Of a DNA stretch of 64,000 nt, positions 39,161 to 49,698 are shown piece after piece. Position numbers and translations under genes: made by a program. The notes under the pieces are model-generated. The model searched no databases, had not been told where the DNA came from, and was given only the letters and a program-made list of their open reading frames with translations. How positions within the stretch are numbered: position 1 is the first letter of the stretch; every line of letters begins with the position of its first letter. This stretch comes from an uncultured delta proteobacterium (GTDB lineage Bacteria > Desulfobacterota > RBG-13-43-22): NCBI GenBank assembly GCA_963843145.1, contig CAWJJC010000027.1, positions 32,001 through 96,000 on the forward strand. Direction: 5' to 3'.

Positions 39161-40767
39161 AAACTGAGAGACAAAATTCTCCCCCACCCATAATTTCCTA
39201 CTTCGTGGAAGCCCGCCTCGATCCTGGTTACTCCGACGGGGCAGGCAATAGTTTCGGGGTTTCCTGGTTCCAACTGAAAGAAGGCCATATCCGTGGCCAT
39301 TTCTTCCGCTCCTTCGGCGTTTTTCTGGGTCACACCCTCGATCTGGACTATAGCCTGGCTGACTTGATCAAGCCCCTGGGACTGTTCCTGACTGGCCTCG
39401 GAAATCTCACTGATCAGACTCTTCGCCTTTTGAGTCCCGGTCAAAATCCGATCAAAAAGTTCGCCGGTCTTCTTGACCATTCCTGATCCTTGCTCGATCT
39501 TGCTGATGGTGTTTTTTATCAGATCGGCCGTATTTTTCGAGGCCTCAGTCGATTTCAGGGCCAGGCTCCGCACCTCATTGGCCACTACGGCGAATCCGGC
39601 GCCCGCCTCCCCGGCCCGAGCGGCCTCAACGGCGGCATTCAAGGCCAGCAGGTTGGTTTGAAAGGCGATTTCATCGATCGTCTTGATGATTTTTCCGATC
39701 TCCAGACCCGCCTCCGAAATGTGTTTCATGGAAAGGCCCAGATCCTGCATACTATGATCGGCCTGTTCGACCAATCCGGTGTTCTCAATGATCAGCCGGT
39801 CGGCGAAACGGGCATTTTCGGCATTTTGTTTGGTCATGGAGGCGATTTCGTTGATCGAGGCCGAGGTTTCTTCGAAGGCGCTGGCCTGGCTGGAAGATCC
39901 GTCCGCCACCTGGCGGGAGAGGTGCATCACTTTTTGAATCACCCGGCGCAATTGGCCGGTCATTTGAGTGAAAGACCGGTTCAGTTGACCTACCTCGTCC
40001 TCTGTGGTCTGCTGGTCTTGCCCCCCGGCGGATAAATCCCCTTGGGCCAATTGTTCGGCCCTTGCGGCCACCACCCGGATCGGCTGAACGACGTATCGGT
40101 TCGTCAGAAAAAACACCAGCACGATAATGCCGACGATGCCCAGCCCGCCAAAGAGCAATCCCAACAATCGGGTCCGATTCAAGGCCGAGACCACTTGCTC
40201 ACTGGACTGCCTGACCAGCAATCCTCCCAGAACCGAATGGCTTTGTCCGTGGCAGTGATAGCAGGCCGGCTTATTCTGGATCGGCTGGACCACGGAAAAA
40301 AACGGCTGCCCCCCCACCGTTTCTTCAAACCCCGCGTCCTGGGCGGTCCCGTCTTTCAAAACTTTCTTTACGGTCGAAAGGCCCCGGGGATTGGCGACAA
40401 AATTGCTCAGCGATTGATCGATCATGGCTTTTTCGGTGGCAAAGGAGACCTTCTGATCAAAATCAAAAACAAAGACCTGAATGGCCTTCATCTTTTCCTG
40501 CATCTGGGAGAGTTGGTTTTTTACGGTTTCATTATCACCCCTGGAAAGGGGATAGATGATCCCGTTGAATACCGATCCGCCCAGCAGGTCGCCCGACCGT
40601 TTCAATTGCGTACGGATACTGTTTTCCTGCCCGGTTATGAGGACGTAAAGGAGGAGGCCCACCACCAACACGGTAATGACCGACAAAGTCAGCAGCAATT
40701 TCATTTGCAAACTGGAGGCTATTTTCTTGAGACCGGGCAGATGAAAGCGTTTATCGGGATTGAACAT
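39154..40767 (-). CDS. Methyl-accepting chemotaxis protein with periplasmic c-type heme motif
   Basis: Two TM helices, CYHCH in the periplasmic domain, HAMP (DEVGQL), [20 protein letters not shown]. Confidence 0.92.
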   Translation of the reverse strand: MFNPDKRFHLPGLKKIASSLQMKLLLTLSVITVLVVGLLLYVLITGQENSIRTQLKRSGDLLGGSVFNGIIYPLSRGDNETVKNQLSQMQEKMKAIQVFVFDFDQKVSFATEKAMIDQSLSNFVANPRGLSTVKKVLKDGTAQDAGFEETVGGQPFFSVVQPIQNKPACYHCHGQSHSVLGGLLVRQSSEQVVSALNRTRLLGLLFGGLGIVGIIVLVFFLTNRYVVQPIRVVAARAEQLAQGDLSAGGQDQQTTEDEVGQLNRSFTQMTGQLRRVIQKVMHLSRQVADGSSSQASAFEETSASINEIASMTKQNAENARFADRLIIENTGLVEQADHSMQDLGLSMKHISEAGLEIGKIIKTIDEIAFQTNLLALNAAVEAARAGEAGAGFAVVANEVRSLALKSTEASKNTADLIKNTISKIEQGSGMVKKTGELFDRILTGTQKAKSLISEISEASQEQSQGLDQVSQAIVQIEGVTQKNAEGAEEMATDMAFFQLEPGNPETIACPVGVTRIEAGFHEVGNYGWGRILSLSFS

Positions 40768-40769
40768 GG

Positions 40770-41261
40770 TTAGTGCGCTCCGGCATGGATTAATGGTTTG
40801 AATTTAAACGATTGAATCCGCTGACTGGTGTGGCACTCTTCACAAACCTTCAGGTCCATTTTCCGGCGGATTTTTTTACCATTTTGGGCGTCGGCGTGAT
40901 CGCCACCGGGACCATGGCAGACCTCGCACCCGGCGTTTTTCAGTTCCGGGCTCTTGACCGGGTCCTGAAACCCGCCCGGTTTTCCGTATCCAGTGGTATG
41001 GCACTTGTAGCAGTTCTGGATTTCTTGGGCGGAAAGTCCTTTTTTCATTTTTTCAATGCTCTGAAAAGAATGCGCTTTTTTGGAATATTTTGTAAAATTA
41101 TCGAATTGTTCGCTATGGCAGCCCCCACACGTTTCCGATCCCACGTAGCGATTGATTTTTTCTTCAGTCCGGCCCGGAGCACTCAAGAAGGCCAGGAGGC
41201 CCAAAAGGAGCAGGCCCCATAGCGTCCGAGTGATCCTTTTTCTGATTACCGCGTGAACCAT
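40770..41261 (-). CDS. Tetraheme cytochrome c (c554-like)
   Basis: Signal peptide; CGGCH, CYKCH, CEVCH and CEECH. Confidence 0.9.
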   Translation of the reverse strand: MVHAVIRKRITRTLWGLLLLGLLAFLSAPGRTEEKINRYVGSETCGGCHSEQFDNFTKYSKKAHSFQSIEKMKKGLSAQEIQNCYKCHTTGYGKPGGFQDPVKSPELKNAGCEVCHGPGGDHADAQNGKKIRRKMDLKVCEECHTSQRIQSFKFKPLIHAGAH

Positions 41262-41581
41262 CCACTCCCTCCATTGAAAAGGTTTTACCGGATTATCGAC
41301 TTGTAATTGGCGAATATTAAATTTTTTTCTTTGAATTCAGTCTATTCGAACATTTTTGGAGTAAGTCGCAATAGGCCGAGCGGAAAAATTATTGGCTCTT
41401 CGGCTGCAGAAGTGATAGGTTATTAAAGGTCGAATCAAGGGGAAGGGCCTGGATTCGGGACACCGGCTCGCTACTTGCCGGGGTGGGTATCGCCAGACCT
41501 TAATAAAATTTTGCCTTGAGTCGTCTGGCGAAAGCCGGAGGCCGGGAATTAATGGGCGAAACGCCTGAAGGGGGAAAATCG

Positions 41582-41803
41582 ATGAAAGAAAAGGTCCAGG
41601 AAGCGCTGAATAAAGTCCGGCCGCAGTTACAGGCCGATGGCGGAGACGTGGAATTGGTGGAGGTCACCGAGGGGGGCCTGGTAAAGGTGCGATTAACCGG
41701 GGCCTGCAAGGGTTGCCCCATGTCCCAAATGACCCTGAAAATGGGGATTGAGAAATTCTTAAGACAGCAGGTCCCGGAAGTGACGGTGGTGGAGGCGGTC
41801 TGA
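41582..41803 (+). CDS. NifU/NfuA family Fe-S scaffold protein
   Basis: [14 protein letters not shown]...GACKGCPMS. Confidence 0.92.
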   Translation: MKEKVQEALNKVRPQLQADGGDVELVEVTEGGLVKVRLTGACKGCPMSQMTLKMGIEKFLRQQVPEVTVVEAV

Positions 41804-41856
41804 AGGCCGGAGGAAGTGTTTCCACGCGCCGGTGACCTGCCCCCCCCTCCCACCTC

Positions 41857-42807
41857 TCAATTATTGAAAATCAGTGGATACCAGATGGTATAGAGGCATT
41901 TGAAGTAACCGCTCCAGTCAATCGTATCGGCGTCGACGGCCTTTACCAGTTTAATCGCCAAATCCTTGGTGTCGGGGCGGATACGGAGTATGAATTCACT
42001 CATCCCGATCGGATTGGCGGGGTTTCCCCAATCATAGGTGTACCCCAACCGGGTCCACGGGTCTCCCCAGCCGCTCGGGTCTTCACCCTCGCGATGGTAG
42101 ATGGTCTCGGCCCGATCCATAAACCATTGTTTGAAGGTTTTCGGGGGCAGCCAGGAGGCCTCCAAAAAAAGCGCGGTGTCGTTGATTTGGATAAAAGGAT
42201 TGCCGTCCTGGGGAAAGGTCCAGTTTCCTGGCCCAATTTGTCTGGCCAGCATGGCTTCATGGTCGTTGGCTTCGGGGTCCGGACTGGGTCGAAAGAGATC
42301 GGAAGGGGAGACCCACATTTCCAGAAAGACATCGAAAGGATAGGCCGGGTTAAGGCCCATCAATTGGCGGACCCGTTCTTTGGTGGGGGGACAGGTTTGC
42401 CCCATGAAAAAATTTTTAAGCTCCGGGACGACGGTGACCCAGAGGCTTTTGGTCAGATGATATTCCGGATCGTTCAGGTGGGAGGCGTAGTAATTCTGGT
42501 AGCTGGCCCGGGACATAAAGGCGCCCACCAGGATACGGGATTGTCCTGGCACGCCTTCCCAAACGATTTCCCCGCCGTGTAACCGTTCATGATTGATCGG
42601 GTCCCAACTTGGAAGAACGGCCAGGAGCTTCGTGCTGATTTTATCCTGGCTGGCGGTTTCCGTTGCCGCCAGAGCGTCGTAATAAGCCTTTTTATCGGCC
42701 GGGGAGACTTCCAGGCCCCAGACCGGTGTGAGAAGAATCCCCGTCAGCCAAAAAAAGAAGCCCAAGAGGAGCATTCCTCTTGAACTACACTTAAAGCGGG
42801 TCGCCAT
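41857..42807 (-). CDS. Secreted hypothetical protein
   Basis: Signal peptide; WVT.VPEL, DLFRP and PWTRLGYTYDWG motifs; ends YPLIFNN. Confidence 0.7.
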   Translation of the reverse strand: MATRFKCSSRGMLLLGFFFWLTGILLTPVWGLEVSPADKKAYYDALAATETASQDKISTKLLAVLPSWDPINHERLHGGEIVWEGVPGQSRILVGAFMSRASYQNYYASHLNDPEYHLTKSLWVTVVPELKNFFMGQTCPPTKERVRQLMGLNPAYPFDVFLEMWVSPSDLFRPSPDPEANDHEAMLARQIGPGNWTFPQDGNPFIQINDTALFLEASWLPPKTFKQWFMDRAETIYHREGEDPSGWGDPWTRLGYTYDWGNPANPIGMSEFILRIRPDTKDLAIKLVKAVDADTIDWSGYFKCLYTIWYPLIFNN

Positions 42808-43076
42808 ATCCTTTTCCTCCTAGAAGATCCCGAACTGGTTTTTCTGCCTGATAGTATATCGGCAGAAAGGGCTTGAGGTTTAGAAACCGCTCCTGAGGGG
42901 CAAGGCCACGATTCAAAGGGCAAAAAATGGAGAAAGAAACGGCCATATCTGGTCTAATTCTCAACTTTTTTTCTTCTTGACCCTCGTTTCCTTCTCATTA
43001 TATGATTCCACAGAAAAATGAAATATTTATCAAAAACGCTTTTCATCTCCATAAGTAGAATGGGTTGCTAAAACTT

Positions 43077-45287
43077 ATGACTTATAGAGATATCAGAGAT
43101 TTCCTAAGCCAGCTTTACTTGGAGGACGACCGTCCGTGGCTGGTGGGGTTCAGTGGCGGCAAGGACAGTACCATGCTTGCATCACTGGTGTTTAACGCCG
43201 TCCTATCCGTCCCTGATGGGCAACGAAAAAAACCAGTATCCGTTCTCTGCACCAACACGGGCGTAGAAATCCCGGCAATTGTTGAAATGGTCGAAGGCAC
43301 GTTGGCGCGGATGCGCAAGTTTTCTCAACAGAACGACCTTAATATCCAGGTCAACCTTCTTAAGCCGCCGCCCGAACAATCATTTTGGGTGAACGTCATC
43401 GGTCGTGGTTACCCGCCACCTAACCGGACCTTCCGCTGGTGCACGCAGCGCCTGAAGATTGACCCTGTCAACGTCTTCATGAACCAGCGGCTCGGTCATT
43501 GGGGGGAAGCAATCCTGCACCTGGGTGCCCGTCGGGCAGAAAGTACCACCCGGGCACAAACGATGGCAGGTCGCCAAACCCGCAAAGGCCTTATTCGTCA
43601 CCCCGACCTGCCGCGCGTCTGGGTGTCCAACCCAATCGAATTCCTTACCACTGAGGAAGTATGGGCATACCTATTACAGAAATCCACCCCTTGGGGAAAC
43701 GATAATCGATCACTTTATAAGCTCTACAACAATGCCTCCAACGGGGAATGTCCTATACAGATTGATACCAGCACCCCGGCCTGCGGTCACTCCCGCTTCG
43801 GCTGTTGGACCTGCACCGTCGTTGACCGCGACAAAGCCAGCGAAGGCCTGCTCGCCGCTGGCGATGAACGGATGGAGCACTTGATTGAGTTTCGCGAAAC
43901 ACTCCTTGAATTCCGTAACCCCGATAATGGTTGGCGCGACATCCGGCGAATGAATGGGAATGATGGCCCCGGCCCACTTCGCATCAAAGGTCGTCGGGAA
44001 TTATTAAAACGCCTGCTTTACCTCCAGGAAAAAACGGGTTTGAAACTCATCACGCCGGAAGAACTCCTTCTTATTCAACAATTTTGGAAAGCAGCCCGAG
44101 ATCCCGATGATGGTCGGGGCGTTGCCCGCATTGTTAATAAACAAAGAGGTGTTGTCATGAACACGGACCTCAAAGAACTGAATCGGCTTCGTGAAATGGA
44201 AGAGGAAGTAACAAGAATGCTGTGTGTCCGCGCGGATACTTTACGCCGCATGCTTGCCAAGGTGGAAGAATACAGCGAAAGCCACCGTGCCCATGGACTG
44301 CCGGATGATCTTCTCAATATTTTAAAAGATGATCTTTATATAAATGCCGCTCAGGAAATAAATTCTCCTCACATTAACCCGATGGTCAACGACCAAGAGT
44401 ACTGGTTACATAAACTCGCAACGTTACGGATTGACCGTGCGCGGGGAAATCCGGCGCCCCACAAGCCACTTCTCCTGCTGGTCATTATCGAGATGGCAGA
44501 GAAGGGCGAGATCCAGAGCCGTGAAATTACTCTCTCTCCTGATTTTGCTTTCAGGTTCACTATGTATTGGTCTGTTGTAGCCCATCGTCGCAAGCAGCCA
44601 CCCGAAGTGCGGCTCCCTTTTCACCACCTTGGATCATCTGGAATATGGCAACCCTTCACGGCAGAAGGAAAACCTTCGCCAGATAAAAAATTGACCACAA
44701 TGATTAGACTTAACCCAGCATTCTTCGATTGTCTTGCTGATCAGAAATTTCGTGATCAAGCGCGAAGAGTACTGATTGAAACGGAACCATATTTCTTGCC
44801 TGAAGAAAGAGCAGCACTATACGGCGTGCTTAAGATCAAACCGACTGCACCCGAAATTCATGAAAACCAAGAATTGTACAAAAAAAGCGTTCAAAAGGGG
44901 CGCGACGCTCGCTTTCGAATTGAGGTGGTTCTCGCCTACAAACACACCTGTGGCCTTACAGGTTATAGGATGACCACTCTTGAGATGGAGAGCATTGTGG
45001 ATGCGGCGCATATTCAAGAGTTTCGTGACTCCAGCAACAATGATCCCCGCAACGGGATAGCACTTTCAAAGAATGCGCACTGGCAGTTTGATCGAGGTCT
45101 TTGGTCGTTGAACGATGATTACCGTGTTCTCGTGAACAGAGAAAAGTTTATCGAAGACGGAGTGCCGGGACAACGACTTGCAGATTTTGAGGGGAGAAGG
45201 ATTTTTTTACCAAGCGATCCAAAGTATTGGCCAGAGCACACTTATCTAGATTGGCATCGCAAGCGGCACGGTTTCCCACCAAGGTGA
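43077..45287 (+). CDS. dndC: DndC-like DNA phosphorothioation sulfurtransferase joined in frame to an SBD-HNH endonuclease
   Basis: PWLVGFSGGKDS, GRGYPPP..FRWCT.RLKI and EC...CG.SRFGCWTC; from 44382 APHKPLLLL, LPFHHL, CGLTG, AAHI and NGIALSKNAH..FDRG. Confidence 0.85.
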   Translation: MTYRDIRDFLSQLYLEDDRPWLVGFSGGKDSTMLASLVFNAVLSVPDGQRKKPVSVLCTNTGVEIPAIVEMVEGTLARMRKFSQQNDLNIQVNLLKPPPEQSFWVNVIGRGYPPPNRTFRWCTQRLKIDPVNVFMNQRLGHWGEAILHLGARRAESTTRAQTMAGRQTRKGLIRHPDLPRVWVSNPIEFLTTEEVWAYLLQKSTPWGNDNRSLYKLYNNASNGECPIQIDTSTPACGHSRFGCWTCTVVDRDKASEGLLAAGDERMEHLIEFRETLLEFRNPDNGWRDIRRMNGNDGPGPLRIKGRRELLKRLLYLQEKTGLKLITPEELLLIQQFWKAARDPDDGRGVARIVNKQRGVVMNTDLKELNRLREMEEEVTRMLCVRADTLRRMLAKVEEYSESHRAHGLPDDLLNILKDDLYINAAQEINSPHINPMVNDQEYWLHKLATLRIDRARGNPAPHKPLLLLVIIEMAEKGEIQSREITLSPDFAFRFTMYWSVVAHRRKQPPEVRLPFHHLGSSGIWQPFTAEGKPSPDKKLTTMIRLNPAFFDCLADQKFRDQARRVLIETEPYFLPEERAALYGVLKIKPTAPEIHENQELYKKSVQKGRDARFRIEVVLAYKHTCGLTGYRMTTLEMESIVDAAHIQEFRDSSNNDPRNGIALSKNAHWQFDRGLWSLNDDYRVLVNREKFIEDGVPGQRLADFEGRRIFLPSDPKYWPEHTYLDWHRKRHGFPPR

Positions 45288-45317
45288 TAGTTAATTCAAT
45301 CCCCCTGTAACCCTCTG

Positions 45318-46460
45318 TTACGGCGTGAATTCGCGGTCCCAGAGGGCATCGAGGAAAAGGCGGTAGGGGAGTATTCGGACTGCCCCCACCTGCCGCGGTC
45401 GATTCTCCAGACTGACACAGAGAAAAGCGCTTAAGGTTTTTCTCTTCCGCTAGGGCGTTCAGAGATTTAAGGTCCTGAATGGTTACGGTTTTCTTGGCTT
45501 TGATTTCTATGGCGGTGTGATCGCCCAGGATGAAATCGACCTCGAATCCTGAGTTGGAACGCCAATAGTTGACCGGCTCACCGGAGAGATAGTCCCGGTA
45601 ACTCAGCAGCTCATGAAGAATCCAGGTCTCAAAGGCAAGCCCGAACTCGGGTGTGCCTGGTTTGACCAAGCGGCCCTGTAAGGCTGAAGCTACGCCGACA
45701 TCGAAGAAATAGTACTTGGAAGACGTCAGTGGCTTACGTTTGTGGGAATGGCGCCAAGCCGGGACTTCGTGCAGGAGCAGGGTATCCTTTAATATTTCGA
45801 AATACTCATAGACCGTGGTGCGGGGTACTTGGGCATCATTGGAAACATTGGTGTAGTTGACGACCGTCGCATTACACAGAGCGGCTACGTGCAGGAATCG
45901 GCTGAAGGCGGGAACGTTTCGAGTCGCCCCTTCCGCAACGATTTCCTGTTGCAGATAGGTGCCGGTATACGCGTCCAGATCCGCTTGGGGATCGTCGGAG
46001 AAATAGACCGAAGGCAGTAAACCTCGGGCAATGGCCTTTCCCAGATCGAAACGCGTCCCCAATTCCCGATAGGTCAAGGGATGCAGGTATCGGGTACGAG
46101 CGCGACCACCGAGCAGGTTAACGCCACCTCGCCTCAATTTACGGGCACTGGAGCCTGTTAACAGAAATCGAATCCGTCGTTTCTCGATAAGGCGGTGGAC
46201 GGCGTGGAGAAGGTCAGGAAGAGGATGGACTTCTCAATAACCACTACCTTATTTTCTGGTGACAGTTGCTCTTCCAGAAGACCGGGATTTCGACTGAGGG
46301 CCAGGTAAACGGAACTATCGAGTAGATCGTACAATTGGATCCCGGAAAACAACCGGTGAATCAGGAAGGTCTTGCCGGTCTGACGTGGTCCGAAAAGAAA
46401 ATGTGATTTCGTTCCCATCCAGCCGACAAGGTCAGGAAGACGATTGATGGCCGGCGGCTC
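45318..46460 (-). pseudogene. AAA+ ATPase with DUF4143 (two frameshifts, start unclear)
   Basis: GPRQTGKT, LTGSS, LLGGRA, KYYFFDVG and EVDF...IEIK spread over three frames. Confidence 0.8.
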
Positions 46461-46571
46461 GTGGCCCTTTTTCAGGTTGTGACGCTTTATCGTCAAATAG
46501 TATGTCAAATGACGAAACCGTCGTCAATAAAAAACATCCAGGGGGACTGTTCAGGACTTTGGGCAAGTTGT

Positions 46572-47042
46572 TCACCGGTGATACTTCTCGCCGGCCTGAA
46601 CGGTCAGGTAGCGGTAGAGCTGTTCGCTGAAGAGCAGGGCGCTCATCTCATGGGTCAGGGTCAGGGAAGAAAGGGAAAGTACGTGATGGGCCTGGGTCAA
46701 CACCTGCGGGGAAAGGCCCAATGGGCCCCCAATACAAAAAAAGGCTTTTTTGATTCCCTGGCGCCCCAAATCGGTCAGAAAATCGAACCACTGTTCCGAG
46801 GCCAACGACTTTCCTCGTTGGTCTAAAGCCACCCGGTAGCCGTCGTCGGGGATTTTATCCAGTATCCTATCTCCCTCTTTCTGCCTGATCAAGGTCTCGT
46901 TGCAGCCGGTGCTGATTTTCTCTTCCTTAACCGGGATGACTGAAAATTCGGTGTAGCGGGTAATGCGCCGTCGGTAGAGGTCCATTCCCTCTACAATAAA
47001 AGGCGCCTTGATTTTTCCCACGGTGACCAGAATATACTTCAT
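46572..47042 (-). CDS. rlmH: 23S rRNA (pseudouridine1915-N3)-methyltransferase
   Basis: VGK, ALD..G, IGGPLG and LTLTHE...EQLYR...YHR. Confidence 0.92.
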   Translation of the reverse strand: MKYILVTVGKIKAPFIVEGMDLYRRRITRYTEFSVIPVKEEKISTGCNETLIRQKEGDRILDKIPDDGYRVALDQRGKSLASEQWFDFLTDLGRQGIKKAFFCIGGPLGLSPQVLTQAHHVLSLSSLTLTHEMSALLFSEQLYRYLTVQAGEKYHR

Positions 47043-47177
47043 GGTTGACCAATCCCGCCTAACGGCATAAAAAGGGAGTCCGGCTTTAGTACGAAAATAG
47101 ACTCTATGACCTGCAACACGGCCAATAAGCAATCATCAATTGATAATTAACAATGATTATTGCTATTAATATCCTGG

Positions 47178-48650
47178 TTACATTTTCAACAGCTTGGCCA
47201 CCTGAAGGGCGGCGGACTCGATAAACCGCCCGTATTCCCGGTCTGAACTGCCGGAGGGCAGGGGAGTGTTCACGCTGACCGGGTAATTTTGCAGCCTTTT
47301 TTGGGGATGAATCCCGAAGGCCGGAGGGAAACTGTTTTCAAAATACATATCCTGAAACCCCGAGAATTTGAGGGCATGGGCCGTGGCGTCCAGAATGGCC
47401 GTTTCCCGGCGGGTAATCTTTTTTTCCTTCAGGGCCTGCGCCAAGCCGGCCAGGCTCTCTCCGCCCTGGGTGCAGGCGATGTGCCCGTTGCGGTTGGCGG
47501 TCAGCATGGAGTCCATGATGGACTGTTCGCTGACCTCGACCACAAAGACCTTTTGACGATCCTGGGTTTGGTTGTATTGTTCCACCAGTTGAACTACTCG
47601 GGGCATGGATACCGGGTTGCCGATCATGGCGGCCTGAGCGACACTGGGTTTTACCTTAACCGGCCTAAAGACCCTTTTTTGGGGTGAAGGCTCCAGGTAA
47701 TAGCGGTAAACCGGGTTGGCGTGGCGTGATTGAACCCCGATAACCTTGGGCAAGGCCGAGATGAGTCCGTAGCGATACAGTTTTAGAAACCCGGAGAGGA
47801 TAGCGGTAATGTTGCCCGCGTTGCCGATGGGGACTAGTAAGACCAGCCCCTCCAGATGATAATTCAAGGCCTGGGCAATTTCAAAGGCATAGGACTCCTG
47901 CCCCAGTATCCGCCAGGCGTTTTTGGAATTTAACAGGGCCACCGGGTAATGGTCGGATAGGTACTCCACCACTTTCATGCAGTCGTCGAAGACCCCCGGG
48001 ATTTCAATGACCGTGGCCCCGCTGCCCAGGGGTTGGGACAATTGCTGGGGGGTAACCTTTCCCTGGGGTAATAAGACGGCGGAACGGACGGAATCTCCCA
48101 GATAGGCGGCATAGAGAGCGGCGGAGGCCGAAGTGTCTCCGGTCGAAGCGCAGATGGATAAAACCCCCTTCACCTTTTTTTCCTGAATGAGAAAGTTCAG
48201 ATAACTAAGGGCGCAGGCCATGCCCCGGTCTTTGAACGAGGCGCTGGGATTTTGACCGTCATTTTTGTAATAAAAATCCAGGCCGATCTCCCGGGTCAGA
48301 CCGGGATTGGCTTTGATGAGGGGGGTATGGCCTTCTCCCAGATAAAGGATGGCCGACAGGGGGATCACCGGGGCGATCAGCTCATGAAAACAAAAAATCC
48401 CTCGGAGCGCCGGTTCGGTTACCATGCGCCGATAATCGAATACCCTTTGCCAATGGGTCCCGGAGCGGGAGGTCAGCGCCCGATCGTCCCGGTTTTCAAT
48501 CAACAAAACCCCTCCGCAGGTTGGACAGGTGTACAGCAGCGTTTCGATGGCCTGATTCCCGCCGCAGTTTAAACAGTTATACTCCAATCGCCCGCCAACC
48601 TTCGGCAACAAATGGGGTTGTATTTTTTTTGGGAAGGCCTGAAGTTCCAT
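47178..48650 (-). CDS. thrC: Threonine synthase
   Basis: GEGHTP, NPSASFKDRG, ASTGDTS and PIGNAGN. Confidence 0.93.
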   Translation of the reverse strand: MELQAFPKKIQPHLLPKVGGRLEYNCLNCGGNQAIETLLYTCPTCGGVLLIENRDDRALTSRSGTHWQRVFDYRRMVTEPALRGIFCFHELIAPVIPLSAILYLGEGHTPLIKANPGLTREIGLDFYYKNDGQNPSASFKDRGMACALSYLNFLIQEKKVKGVLSICASTGDTSASAALYAAYLGDSVRSAVLLPQGKVTPQQLSQPLGSGATVIEIPGVFDDCMKVVEYLSDHYPVALLNSKNAWRILGQESYAFEIAQALNYHLEGLVLLVPIGNAGNITAILSGFLKLYRYGLISALPKVIGVQSRHANPVYRYYLEPSPQKRVFRPVKVKPSVAQAAMIGNPVSMPRVVQLVEQYNQTQDRQKVFVVEVSEQSIMDSMLTANRNGHIACTQGGESLAGLAQALKEKKITRRETAILDATAHALKFSGFQDMYFENSFPPAFGIHPQKRLQNYPVSVNTPLPSGSSDREYGRFIESAALQVAKLLKM

Positions 48651-48967
48651 AAAGGCTCCTTTAAGTAGAACATTAAGTATTAATAATTAACAATTGATTA
48701 TTAATTATTAAGTTTGTGTTTAGGACAAAGCTGAAGGACTCACAAAAAGTCGATCAGATCAAGTTTTTCATTCTGAGCGATAGCTAAGGAGCAATTTTTA
48801 TCAGCTACTTGAGATATCTTTCATGGATTTTACCCTAAATATTCAGGTTTCGTTGGTCTTCGCCAGGGGTCTGGGCGTTTAGTCGAGATTATTTTTTTTT
48901 ATGATATTAGGGGCAAATAGGGTAGGGTGTCAAATTAAAATAAAAATACCGGGGATTATAAAGGATT

Positions 48968-49606
48968 ATGACAGTCAATAAAATTAACTTGAAAGCTATT
49001 TTATTTGATATGGATGGGGTTTTAGTGGATAGCATGAGTTATCACATGCAATCATGGAAGCAACTACTTGAAAATGATGGTATATTTATAACAGAAGGAT
49101 TTATCTACGAACATGAAGGTGCCATGGGACTGGATATCATCGAGAATTTGTTCCAGAAGACCGGGCGGCCCATCGATTCGAATCGGATCCTGGAAATCTA
49201 CGATCGGCAAAATCGAATCTTCCGGGAAGAGTACCTCAGTAAGGTCCGTCTTTATCCCGAGGCCTTGACTTTGATCGAGGGATTTCAACGGCAAGGATTG
49301 CGCCTGGGATTAGTGACCAGTTCCCGGATGAATCTGGTTGAACAAATATGGGCGGGCCATCGATACCGCGATTATTTTGAAACGATCGTCACCGCCGACG
49401 ATGTAAAACGGTTCAAACCAAATCCCGATCCTTACCTAAAGGCGTTGGAAAAATTGAAGCAGGATCCGGAAAGCTGCCTGGTCGTAGAAAATGCCCCGGC
49501 GGGCATCCAGTCGGCCAAGGCAGCCGGCCTGACCTGTTATGCCGTCGCCTCCACCTCTGCCCGCCCCCGTACCTCCGGGCCTCGGACCGTATTTTTCCCA
49601 GCTTAA
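48968..49606 (+). CDS. HAD family phosphatase (probable frameshift near the 3' end)
   Basis: FDMDGVLVDS, KPNPDPY and VENAPAG. Confidence 0.88.
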   Translation: MTVNKINLKAILFDMDGVLVDSMSYHMQSWKQLLENDGIFITEGFIYEHEGAMGLDIIENLFQKTGRPIDSNRILEIYDRQNRIFREEYLSKVRLYPEALTLIEGFQRQGLRLGLVTSSRMNLVEQIWAGHRYRDYFETIVTADDVKRFKPNPDPYLKALEKLKQDPESCLVVENAPAGIQSAKAAGLTCYAVASTSARPRTSGPRTVFFPA

Positions 49607-49698
49607 GGTCCTTGGCCGATCCATTTAATTTTGTTTTGACTATCTAAATGTCTGATAAGATATATTATGTAAACTAAATAGGAAAAAAATAAAAGGAA

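Noticed and set aside
41490-41531. 9-bp inverted repeat upstream of nifU as a riboswitch
   Set aside because: A single short stem with no recognisable conserved motif.
45148-45317. Apparent overlap of the AAA ATPase ORF with the HNH gene
   Set aside because: Caused by a frameshift; the natural-looking end (FLDALWDREFTP*) is at 45318.
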